This document shows, piece by piece, positions 18,246 through 27,058 of a stretch of DNA of 64,000 nt. Each line of letters starts with the position of its first letter. The stretch's first letter is position 1. Made by a program: the position numbers and the translations under genes. The stretch covers positions 19,505 to 83,504 of the forward strand of contig DASRFK010000152.1 of NCBI GenBank assembly GCA_035651635.1, given 5' to 3'. A model generated the notes under the pieces. That model worked only from the letters and a program-made list of their open reading frames with translations, did not search any database and was not told the DNA's origin. The stretch is from Verrucomicrobiia bacterium (lineage in GTDB: Bacteria; Verrucomicrobiota; Verrucomicrobiia; Limisphaerales; UBA8199).

Positions 18246-19163
18246 GTGAAAATCATGAAAACAAAGAACAATGAGAAACTAATTGCTGTGATCGGCGCAA
18301 CAGGACATCAAGGCGGTGCGGTGGTGCGTGCCCTGCAGGCGAACGGCCAATTCAAGGTGCGCGCTCTGAGCCGTAATCCAGGCAAGCATGGCGAACTTGC
18401 CGACGAAGTCGTCGAAGCAGATTTGAACCGGCCGGAAACACTCAAGACCGCATTTGAAGGGGCACACGGCGTTTTTTTAGTCACCACCTCTGGGCTAGAG
18501 GGCACCGACGAATTCACGCAAGGAACGGCGGCGGTACGCGCAGCCAAAGCTGCGGGGGTTAAACACTTTATCTGGTCCACTCTGCCTGATGTAGAAGTGA
18601 TCAGCGGAGGCAGGTTCGACGTTCCCCACTTTACTGGCAAGGCGAAGGTCGATCGCGTGGTAACGGAAGCGGGGTTTGCTAATCACACGTTCGTGATCGC
18701 GCCGTTCTTCTACCAGAACCTCGCAGGCGCCCTGGCTCCGCAAAAGCAGGCTGACGGATCCAGGCGCTGGTCTCTCCCGCTCGATCCAAGTGTACGTTGC
18801 ATTCACATGGGCGACATCACCGAACTTGGCAATATCGTGGTCGGTGCATTCGAACACCCGGATCAGGCAGGGAATGGCCAGTATCTGCCCCTCGTCGGTG
18901 ATTTCATGAGTTTCAACGAAATCGTCGACACGCTAAATCGACAGGGTCACAACTTCTCCTTCACGCAGGTCCCGGCCGACGCCTTCGCCACTTTCTTTCC
19001 TGGAGCTGCGGAGATCGGTGCGATGTTCAGGTACTTCGAAGCACACACCTATTTGGGTTCAGAGTCCCGCGACCGAATTGAGCTCGCAAACAAGATAGCA
19101 GGCAAGCAACCGACCAGGTTTTCGACATGGGCTCGACTGAATGTCCCGGTCCAGAACCGCTAA
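18246..19163 (+). CDS. NmrA-family NAD(P)-binding protein
   Basis: IAVIGATGHQGGAVVRAL. GTG start at 18246 or ATG at 18255. Confidence 0.8.
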   Translation: MKIMKTKNNEKLIAVIGATGHQGGAVVRALQANGQFKVRALSRNPGKHGELADEVVEADLNRPETLKTAFEGAHGVFLVTTSGLEGTDEFTQGTAAVRAAKAAGVKHFIWSTLPDVEVISGGRFDVPHFTGKAKVDRVVTEAGFANHTFVIAPFFYQNLAGALAPQKQADGSRRWSLPLDPSVRCIHMGDITELGNIVVGAFEHPDQAGNGQYLPLVGDFMSFNEIVDTLNRQGHNFSFTQVPADAFATFFPGAAEIGAMFRYFEAHTYLGSESRDRIELANKIAGKQPTRFSTWARLNVPVQNR

Positions 19164-19352
19164 ATGCGACCATTCACTCAATGCGAATCGAAATTATGGA
19201 AACGCTACTCCACCAAAGTCATCTTAACCGTCCAGGATCTCGATCGATCGATTGCCTTTTATGAGGCGGCTCTCAAGCCGCTCGGCATTATCCATGCCAT
19301 CGATTTCGCCGGCAATAGAGCCCGCACAGGTCCATTGCACTATTTGTTATAG
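19164..19352 (+). pseudogene. VOC/glyoxalase-family N-terminal fragment
   Basis: KVILTVQDLDRSIAFYEAALKPLG is a typical VOC first beta-alpha-beta unit. The ORF stops after 62 aa, where the convergent GHL10-like gene ends (13-nt overlap). Confidence 0.45.
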
Positions 19353-20461
19353 GCTGCGTTGCACTTCTTAATGACGGCCAACTGTGCGTCCTGGAGGGAG
19401 TTGAGGTTGAAGAAGGAAACTCCGACGGCGCCGTTGTCGTGCGCCTGACGGATGGCTTCCTCGAAATCAGCCATGTCGTCTCCGTAATTGCCCACTGATA
19501 ATCCGGTGAAAAGATGCTGGCCGGGCTTTAGATCGCGGACCGCCTGTTTGGTGGCGAAACCCACCCAGTACAGGTTCCCATTATGGTCGTTCTTGTAGTC
19601 CATTGGGAAAACGAGGTCCAGGTCCCAGTGCGGCCAGTCTTGTTTGACGTATTCCCGAGCCAATTCAGGGAAAGGAAAGACGGCGGCCGATGCCAGCGTT
19701 CCATTTTCATGGCAGATCTGCACACACTCATTGACCAGCGACGAGATGGCGTCCATTCGGAACTGTTTCCAGGCGGCATTCTCCGCCGTGTCGGGCATAT
19801 CCATCGGGTCCACGCCGAACTTCGCCTTGAATTCCTGCCGGGCGAGCGGGTGGTAACCAAAGTCATACTCGGGCAGCAGCCGGTCTTGCACCAACGGAAG
19901 CCCGTTTGTATACCGGTAATGCTTCTGCAACTGGGCCCCGAGGATGACATCCACAAAGCGGATGTAGTCGAAATGCACGGAGGCCAGCCCTTTGACTTGC
20001 GCGACCTCTTTGACCCCCTTCGTGATATAATCCCGCGCGCCTGGAGAAAAGGGACTGAGGAAACTGTAATAATTGACGTAAGGGTGAAAATCGAAGCAAC
20101 TCTGCCCGAGCCGGTTGACGGAATACCAATCCGGGTGTTGACGGCACTCCGCGGCGTTGCCCACATTCATCATCCAATGCCAGGCATGAACTCGGATGCC
20201 GACTTGGCTCCCCAAGTCAACCAACACCGTCAATTGCGCAGCGGTCTTATTTTCAGGGAGAATGTCAGTGATGCCCGCCTCCGCCAGCCGCTTCATGCCC
20301 GCCAGTTGGGTCTCGCCGGAACCTCGCGGCACTCCCCAGGCTGCAAAATAGAATTTCTTGTCCGTATAACCGACGCCAGGCGCCTTGTTGGCGGTGTCGG
20401 CCGCCGTCGCCAAAGCCCCGCTCGCGGCGAGAAATAGTGCGATTCTTTTTATTGTCTTCAT
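19340..20461 (-). CDS. secreted TIM-barrel glycoside-hydrolase-like protein (GHL10/DUF187-like)
   Basis: Likely start MKTIKRIALFLAASGALATAA (signal peptide). FLSPFSPGARDYITKGVKEVAQVKGLASVHFDYIRF resembles the GHL10 core. Confidence 0.5.
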   Translation of the reverse strand: MKTIKRIALFLAASGALATAADTANKAPGVGYTDKKFYFAAWGVPRGSGETQLAGMKRLAEAGITDILPENKTAAQLTVLVDLGSQVGIRVHAWHWMMNVGNAAECRQHPDWYSVNRLGQSCFDFHPYVNYYSFLSPFSPGARDYITKGVKEVAQVKGLASVHFDYIRFVDVILGAQLQKHYRYTNGLPLVQDRLLPEYDFGYHPLARQEFKAKFGVDPMDMPDTAENAAWKQFRMDAISSLVNECVQICHENGTLASAAVFPFPELAREYVKQDWPHWDLDLVFPMDYKNDHNGNLYWVGFATKQAVRDLKPGQHLFTGLSVGNYGDDMADFEEAIRQAHDNGAVGVSFFNLNSLQDAQLAVIKKCNAAYNK

Positions 20462-20568
20462 AAGAACAACATAATTGCCTGCGGATCTCGGCTTATAATC
20501 GGCTGGCATCTCCGTGCTCCGGACATTCCGCTCGGGGTGTCCGCGCCGAATCAAAGTGGCAAACTGCA

Positions 20569-20722
20569 TCGTGTCTCAATGCCGGCACTTGTCCCCACAA
20601 CTGGTGACATGCGCCGAAACGACGTTCTGGTATCTTGCTTATGTTCTCAGGTGTAGAACGTGTGTCAGAAGAGCCGGATTAAACCGGCTTTTTTGTTGTA
20701 CCGAACCAGCCAGCATCAACGC
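20569..20722 (+). repeat. R element copy 2
   Basis: See copy 1 (10681..10832). Lies between the 5' end of the GHL10-like gene (minus strand) and the cupin gene (plus strand). Confidence 0.7.
20672..20696 (+). terminator. rho-independent terminator-like hairpin inside R copy 2
   Basis: Identical AGCCGGATTAAACCGGCTTTTTT. Confidence 0.5.
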
Positions 20723-20797
20723 TATCGCCGATTCCTCAACCCAGCAATGCAATTTGGCTGCCGGCGTATATTGGCGTAACTTTTCACAGGAGTCGAA

Positions 20798-21391
20798 ATG
20801 CCTAAAACGGAACCATTACTTAAAGTCAAAGAGCCGGACGTTCTTGCGCAGGAACTGAAGGATGACGGTATCTTTCCCAATAGCAAATTAAAGCTCCTGG
20901 TCTATCGCCAGGCAGTGGAATTACCCGAAAAGGATCCAGCCTCCATTTTCGAGCGAGTCTTCGAATCGAACCAATGGCATGGCAGTTGGCGCAACGGGAT
21001 TTATCCATACCACCATTACCACAGCACTGCCCATGAAGTGTTGGGGATTTACCTCGGTTGGGCAAAAGTGCAGTTGGGTGGCGAGAAAGGCGTGGCTCTG
21101 GAGATTCAGGCAGGGGACGTGATCATCATACCTGCGGGAGTGGCCCACAAGAAACTCCGCTCCAGTGCCGACTTTGGGGTGGTCGGCGCTTATCCGGAGG
21201 GACAGGACTGGGACATGAATTACGGAAAACCAGTCGAGCGACCTAATGCCGACCGAAATATCGAACGAGTTGCCTTGCCAAAGTTGGACCCGATCTATGG
21301 CGCAAGGGGACCGTTGTTGGAGAAATGGACGACGAGGGAAGGTTTCTCTGGGAGTCCAACCAGAACTCAAGCAAACGCCAAGGGTCACTGA
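20798..21391 (+). CDS. cupin-domain protein (YjlB-like)
   Basis: 197 aa. HYHSTAHEVLGIY.G.A.VQLGG..G..LEIQAGDVIIIPAGVAH. Confidence 0.6.
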   Translation: MPKTEPLLKVKEPDVLAQELKDDGIFPNSKLKLLVYRQAVELPEKDPASIFERVFESNQWHGSWRNGIYPYHHYHSTAHEVLGIYLGWAKVQLGGEKGVALEIQAGDVIIIPAGVAHKKLRSSADFGVVGAYPEGQDWDMNYGKPVERPNADRNIERVALPKLDPIYGARGPLLEKWTTREGFSGSPTRTQANAKGH

Positions 21392-21549
21392 CGATAGAAT
21401 TTCAATGCGGGTTGCACGGGTGGCTTCTGTTTACTGCAGGATGAAGACCCCGGCGCCTCCTATTTTCCGGCCACAATTCTGCGATTCCAGGTGTATCCCC
21501 AAAAACGGGGATAAAATTGGGCTACCCCGAAATGGTAGGGTTTGACGAG

Positions 21550-23831
21550 ATGAGAATGAATTCGTTTCCCATTGTCCTTATCCTCCTTTCAATTGCTACC
21601 ACTGCGATGGCCTCTCCAAGCGACGGCAATTCGTTCATTGCCGGGAATGACGTGATTTGGATGACGCTCGGCACCAATGAAAACGATTCGATGCCGATTG
21701 GCAACGGCGATTTAACGGCGAATGTTTGGACCGAGCAAAACGGGAGTATTGTATTGCTGATTGCGAAAACAGATGCTTGGAGTGAAAATGGGCAACTGCT
21801 TAAGCTTGGCCGGGTACGTGTCGATCTGGATCCCAATCCGTTTAGAAGTTCAGCCTCATTTGCCCAGACTTTGAAATTGGAAACCGGTGAGGTGGAACTC
21901 CGAGCAGGGAGCAATCTCGCCCGCATTTGGGTGGATGCGAATAACCCGGTGGTGCACGTGCAAGTTCAAACCGAATCTCCCGGCCTGGTGAAAGCCACAT
22001 CTGAAGTCTGGAGGACAAACGAATTTAGTTTCGATACTCGAGCTATTGATCGAACCGGATTGGGATTCTTTGAATGGGGAGGTTACCCTGACAGTTTAAC
22101 ATTCTATCCGGATACCATTCTCCAGTCAAAAGGCAACCGAGTGTCCTCGTGCCATTTTAATACGCATAGCATTTACCCAATGGTTTTTGAAAAAGAGCAC
22201 TTGGGATCATTGTTGCCTAACTATCCGGATCCACTAATGCACCGCTGCTTCGGCCTCACCATGAAAGGAGACAATCTGGTAAGCAGCGATAATCAGACGT
22301 TAAAATCGTTGAAGGCTTCCAACTCACAACAGGTTGATATTTATGCGCTCACCGAGCAAACGGAATCGCCCGAGGTCTGGCGTGCTGATCTGGACAAGAA
22401 AATTAAGAGGATTGATGCGATTAAAATAAGCAAAGCCTGGACGGCGCATGAGAATTGGTGGAAAGAATTTTGGAATCGTAGTTGGATTAACGTGACGAGT
22501 ACACCGGATACGGGAAAAGTTACCCAGGGCTACGCTGTGCAGCGCTTCATGACCGCGTGCGCGGGTCGGGGGGCGCAGCCGATCAAGTTTAACGAGACCG
22601 CGTTCACGGTGGGCCATGATCTGCCGCCGGGCACGGTTCCGACCGGGGCAAACCATGATCCCGATTACCGAGCATGGGGCGCATGTTTTTGGAACCAAGA
22701 CACCCGCCTTATTTACTACCCTTTGATCGCAGCAGGGGACTATGACTTGCTCGAGCCTTGGTTTGATTTGTATTTGAAAGCGCTGCCGTTGGAGAAGGAT
22801 CGGACACGGGTTTACTACCACCACGATGGGGCGTATTTTCCCGAAACAATGTATTTCTGGGGCTTGCCCAACCTTCATGATTTCGGTTTCAACAATCCCA
22901 CCGTGGAATTGAGAGCCCATGGGTGCGCTACCATATTCAGGGCACGCTCGAAATCATCACGCAAATGCTCGATGTCTACGACAACTCCCAGGACTCGCGC
23001 TATGCCAAGGAACTTGTTCCTTTTGCTGACGCCATTGTCACCTTCTATGCGAGCCACTGGCCGCGCGATTCCAAGGGCAAAATCCACATGGCACCAGTTC
23101 AATCGTTGGAAACGTATGAAGTGGACGCAGTCAATCCCACACCTGATATTGCCGGACTAAAAAGCGTCATTCCGCGACTGTTGGCTTTGCCCAAAAACTT
23201 CACCTCGTCAGAGAAGCGAGACTATTGGGCCAAGACCCTCGAGGATTTGCCGCCGCTTCCAATGGGCAAAACCGCGCGCGGCAAGTTGCCTCCCGATGGC
23301 GTCGGCGATGCCGATGGCCGCCTCACCGTTCTGCCCGCCGAAAAATACGGTGCAACCCACAATAGCGAAAACCCTGAACTCTATGTGGCCTATCCCTATC
23401 GCCTCTATGGTGTGGGCAAAGGTGATCTCAAACTGGCACGGGACACTTACAATGCCCGGCGGTTTCCAATGGATAGAGGCTGGGGGCAGGATGGCACGCA
23501 GGCCGCGATCCTGGGCCTGACCAAGGAGGCTCAGAGGGTCGTCGTGAGAGAGTTTACCGCTTACGGGCGCCAGCGGTTTCGTTGGTTTTGGGATCCTGAG
23601 TGCGGCGGCTCGGGCATGATCACGCTTCAATTGATGTTGATGCAATGCGACGGCAAACGCATCCTGTTGCTGCCCGCTTGGCCGGCTGAGTGGACCGCCG
23701 ATTTCAAACTCCACGCGCCCTATCAAACGACGGTGGAAGGCCACGTCGAAAACGGCAAGATTACACATCTGCAGGTCACGCCGAAATCGAGGGCCAAAGA
23801 CGTAATCATTGAGCCAGTTGGCAGCTCTTAA
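21550..23831 (+). pseudogene. DUF5703_N/GH95-like glycoside-hydrolase-like protein interrupted by a frameshift (or a sequencing error)
   Basis: Signal peptide, then DSMPIGNGDLTANVWTEQNGSIVLLIAKTDAWSENGQLLKLGRVRVDL. Frame 1 becomes Arg/Ser-rich nonsense after ..NNPTVELRA (~22915). The shifted frame, open from ~22888, continues with plausible protein: (W)VRYHIQGTLEIITQMLDVYD... Confidence 0.55.
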
Positions 23832-24030
23832 TGCTGTCGCCCCTGGCCTCGACAAAAAATCACCGCGGGAATGCTTTGCAAATTCGGTATCGGGCCAGTT
23901 TGGTTTGGCGGTTATAGTGGTTCACGAAAACCGCGTTGCCACCAGACCCCAGGAAGCACACAACACTTTGTTCAACTACAGCCGGGCGAGTGAATTATCC
24001 TGAACATCAAGCGATGAGGCTTTTTGAATT

Positions 24031-25605
24031 ATGAAAAATGCGAGTTCTCAAATAACCAGGGGGGCAAAACTCCTTGCCATGGTGGCGGTCGTCTTCTCGG
24101 TGTGTAGTTGCGTAGGAACCATGCAAGGGGCCGAAGCGACCTTCGATGGCGGCAAGAGCACCTGGCATGACGGGTTCGTCCGCTACGACTTCACCATGGA
24201 TGACGAAACCTTGGCCGTGACTCCTTTCACGAGGCCGGAAAAAGAAGGCTTTGCGGTTGGCACTCCGGCCAAGGGTCAGCGGCGCTGCATCGTGGTCGTT
24301 CCAAACAAGCCGGCGCCCGGCAATCCTTGGTCGTGGCGAGGCTGTTATTGGGACCACCAACCCCAGGCCGAGGTGGAATTGCTGCACCGTGGTTTTTACA
24401 TTGCGTTCATTACGCCCGATCCGGGCAGGCAGTATCCGGGCAAGCAGTGGGACGCCTGGTACGCCTACCTCACGGAGAAACACGGGCTTTCCAAGAAACC
24501 GGCCTTCGTTGGCATGAGCAAAGGCGGGGTGAATGAATACACCTGGACAACCTCGAACCCGGACAAAGTCTCGTGCATCTACGCCGACAATCCCGGGATC
24601 TACCCGGAGGATATTTTGAGACTTGGTGAACTGATCAAGCACGACGTGCCCCTGCTGAACGTCTGCGGCACCCTCGATTTTGTCCTGGAGAAAAACACGA
24701 AAGTCATCGAGAACATCTATCATCAGGGCGGCGGCCGGATCAGCATCATGATTAAAGAAGGCACCGGCCATCATCCGCACAGTTTGATCGATCCCAAGCC
24801 CATTGCCGACTTCATTGAACAGCACGTTCAGCCGGACACCACGCCCCGGCCCGAGATCGTGGACGACACGTTTACCAAATCCCATTATTATAGTACCGAG
24901 AATTCTTATATTTACCTCCCCAAAGAAGATACATACGCCGCCTGCCGGGGGCCGCAATTCACGCCGTGCTACGACCGTTACGACAAGGCTGGCAAGTCAT
25001 CGTTTGGAGTCACCGGTATGGCGGTGCTCGTGCCGAAGACTGAGGCGACTGGGAAGCCTTGGGTCTTCCGGGCGGATCGCATCGGACCGGATGCCTCAGC
25101 TCTTGATCTGGCCCTGCTGGCCAAGGGGTACTACATCGTGGCTGCTCCCATTTTGGGGGGAGGGCCGGTTCGAGCGGAGTGGGACGCCGTCTATAAGAAC
25201 ATGACCGACCACGGCTTTTCCAGGAAACCCGCCATGATAGGTGTCGGCGCGGGAGCCGGGGAAGCCTACGCCTGGGCCATCCAGAACCCCGACAAAGTTT
25301 CCTGTATTTACGGGGAGAACCCCGCCCTGCGCAGCATCATGTCGGGCAACCTGCCGCCGTTGGATGATGCAAAAAAGCGGTTGGTGGACAATCTAGCTCC
25401 GCTGGCCAAAGCGGGCGTGCCGATCCTGCACGTTTGCGGGAGCCTCGATCCATGGCTCGACCGCGACACGCGGGTGGCAGAGAAGAAATACAAGGAACTC
25501 GGCGGAAATTTCACGGTGATCATCAGACAGGGCGAGGGCCATTTTGCGATCGGGCAGCAGGATCCGAAGCCGGTGGTGGATTTCATCGACGCGAAAGCTA
25601 ATTGA
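24031..25605 (+). CDS. secreted or lipoprotein tandem alpha/beta-hydrolase (esterase-like), internally duplicated
   Basis: 524 aa. N-terminal AMVAVVFSVCSC. Two homologous halves sharing NPDKVSCIY..NP, CG(T/S)LD and G.GH. Nucleophile motif GMSKG in half 1 versus GVGAG in half 2. Confidence 0.6.
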   Translation: MKNASSQITRGAKLLAMVAVVFSVCSCVGTMQGAEATFDGGKSTWHDGFVRYDFTMDDETLAVTPFTRPEKEGFAVGTPAKGQRRCIVVVPNKPAPGNPWSWRGCYWDHQPQAEVELLHRGFYIAFITPDPGRQYPGKQWDAWYAYLTEKHGLSKKPAFVGMSKGGVNEYTWTTSNPDKVSCIYADNPGIYPEDILRLGELIKHDVPLLNVCGTLDFVLEKNTKVIENIYHQGGGRISIMIKEGTGHHPHSLIDPKPIADFIEQHVQPDTTPRPEIVDDTFTKSHYYSTENSYIYLPKEDTYAACRGPQFTPCYDRYDKAGKSSFGVTGMAVLVPKTEATGKPWVFRADRIGPDASALDLALLAKGYYIVAAPILGGGPVRAEWDAVYKNMTDHGFSRKPAMIGVGAGAGEAYAWAIQNPDKVSCIYGENPALRSIMSGNLPPLDDAKKRLVDNLAPLAKAGVPILHVCGSLDPWLDRDTRVAEKKYKELGGNFTVIIRQGEGHFAIGQQDPKPVVDFIDAKAN

Positions 25606-25612
25606 ATTGATC

Positions 25613-27007
25613 ATGAACAAATTGCGATTCGGAAACTCCTTGGTACTCGTCCTTGGCCTGATCAGCTTCGCGGGTAGAACGCACGGAGCGGGTCAATATT
25701 TGAAGATTGATTATCCCGCCTCGACCGCCGCAAACGAATTGCAGGTGGCCGTTACCTACACGCTCTGGATTCCCGACGGTGTGAGAACGATTCGCGGCAT
25801 CATTGTTCATCAGCACGGCGCGGGAACCACTGCATCCATCGAAGGTTCCACCGCCGCCTTAGATTTGCACTGGCAGGCGCTGGCCAAGAAGTGGGACTGC
25901 GCGCTCTGGGCTTCGAGTTATCATGTACAGAATGAAAAAATCGACACGTCTCCCGGAGCTTCGGAATTATGGTTCGATCCGCGTAATGGTTCGGAGAAAA
26001 CTTTTCTCAAGGCGCTTGGTGAATTCGCCAGCCAGGCCGGTCATCCGGAGATCGACAAGGTGCCGTGGGCGTTGTGGGGCCATTCGGGCGGCGGCATCTG
26101 GGCGGACGTGATGACCGCACTGCACCCGGACCGGGTCGTGGCGGTGTGGATGCGCTCGGGTTCGTCGCTCATGTTCCTCTCCCACCCGGAGTTCACCGAC
26201 CACGAAGTGCCCGCCTCCGTTTACGGAATTCCCATGATGACGAATCCGGGGGTGAAGGAAAAACCCAAGCAACCGCTGCCAGATCCAGACACGCGCACCG
26301 CTGCGGAGAAGATGAAGGGGCCGTGGCTGGGCAACATCGCGACGTTCAAGGCATACCGCGCCCACGGAGGACTCATCGGATTCGCGCCCGACCCGCTCAC
26401 CGGCCATGAGTGCGGCGATTCGCGCTATCTCGCCATCCCATTTCTCGATGCCTGTCTGGCGATGCGATTGCCGGACAAAGGCAGCAAGGACCAAACGCTC
26501 AAGCCGATGGACACGAGCAAGGCGTGGCTGGCGCCGTTGTTCGGCGACGAAGCGAAACCAGCGGCGGATTTCAAAGGTAACCCGGCCGAAGCGGTCTGGT
26601 TGCCGAATGAAGCGGTGGCCAAAGCATGGATGGAATACGTGAAGACCGGCTCGACAAGCGACACAACGCCGCCACCGGCTCCGTTCCACGTGCACGTGTC
26701 GGCGAAGGGTGAGCAAGGAACCGAAATCGTCTGGAGTGCCGAGGCGGATGTCGAGAGCGGCATTGGCGGCTTCATTGTGCTGCGCGACGGACAGGAACTG
26801 GCGAAGCTGCCGGAGAAGCCGGTGGGCAAATTCGGACGCCCGTTGTTCCAGTCCATGACGTATCACGACACACCGAGCCAGCCGTTGCCTCAGATGCGTT
26901 ATGTGGACAAATCGGCCAAGGCGGGCGAAAAACACGGCTATTCCATCGTCAGCGTCAACAGCGTTGGACTGAAATCTCTGCCTTCGGTCGCGGCGTCCGT
27001 GCAGTGA
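25613..27007 (+). CDS. secreted alpha/beta-hydrolase (esterase) with C-terminal Fn3-like domain
   Basis: Start MNKLRFGNSLVLVLGLISFAG. Nucleophile elbow WALWGHSGGGIWA. C-terminal DTTPPPAPFHVHVSAKGEQGTEIVWSAEAD..SIVSVNSVGL. Confidence 0.6.
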   Translation: MNKLRFGNSLVLVLGLISFAGRTHGAGQYLKIDYPASTAANELQVAVTYTLWIPDGVRTIRGIIVHQHGAGTTASIEGSTAALDLHWQALAKKWDCALWASSYHVQNEKIDTSPGASELWFDPRNGSEKTFLKALGEFASQAGHPEIDKVPWALWGHSGGGIWADVMTALHPDRVVAVWMRSGSSLMFLSHPEFTDHEVPASVYGIPMMTNPGVKEKPKQPLPDPDTRTAAEKMKGPWLGNIATFKAYRAHGGLIGFAPDPLTGHECGDSRYLAIPFLDACLAMRLPDKGSKDQTLKPMDTSKAWLAPLFGDEAKPAADFKGNPAEAVWLPNEAVAKAWMEYVKTGSTSDTTPPPAPFHVHVSAKGEQGTEIVWSAEADVESGIGGFIVLRDGQELAKLPEKPVGKFGRPLFQSMTYHDTPSQPLPQMRYVDKSAKAGEKHGYSIVSVNSVGLKSLPSVAASVQ

Positions 27008-27058
27008 CGATGAGGATCGCATATCGGCCAGTACGGCGTTGCCAAGAAGGGAACCGCA

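Noticed and set aside
24007-24957. 316-aa minus-strand ORF antisense to the tandem alpha/beta-hydrolase gene. Similar long antisense ORFs: 9950..10690, 19583..20437, 25967..27022, 27632..28918, 32511..33275, 33559..34323, 37115..37978, 44366..45154, 55066..55755.
   Set aside because: Each lies entirely opposite a gene with clear family motifs. Their products are Arg/Gly/Pro-rich and low in complexity with no recognisable motifs. This is typical of shadow ORFs in GC-rich DNA.
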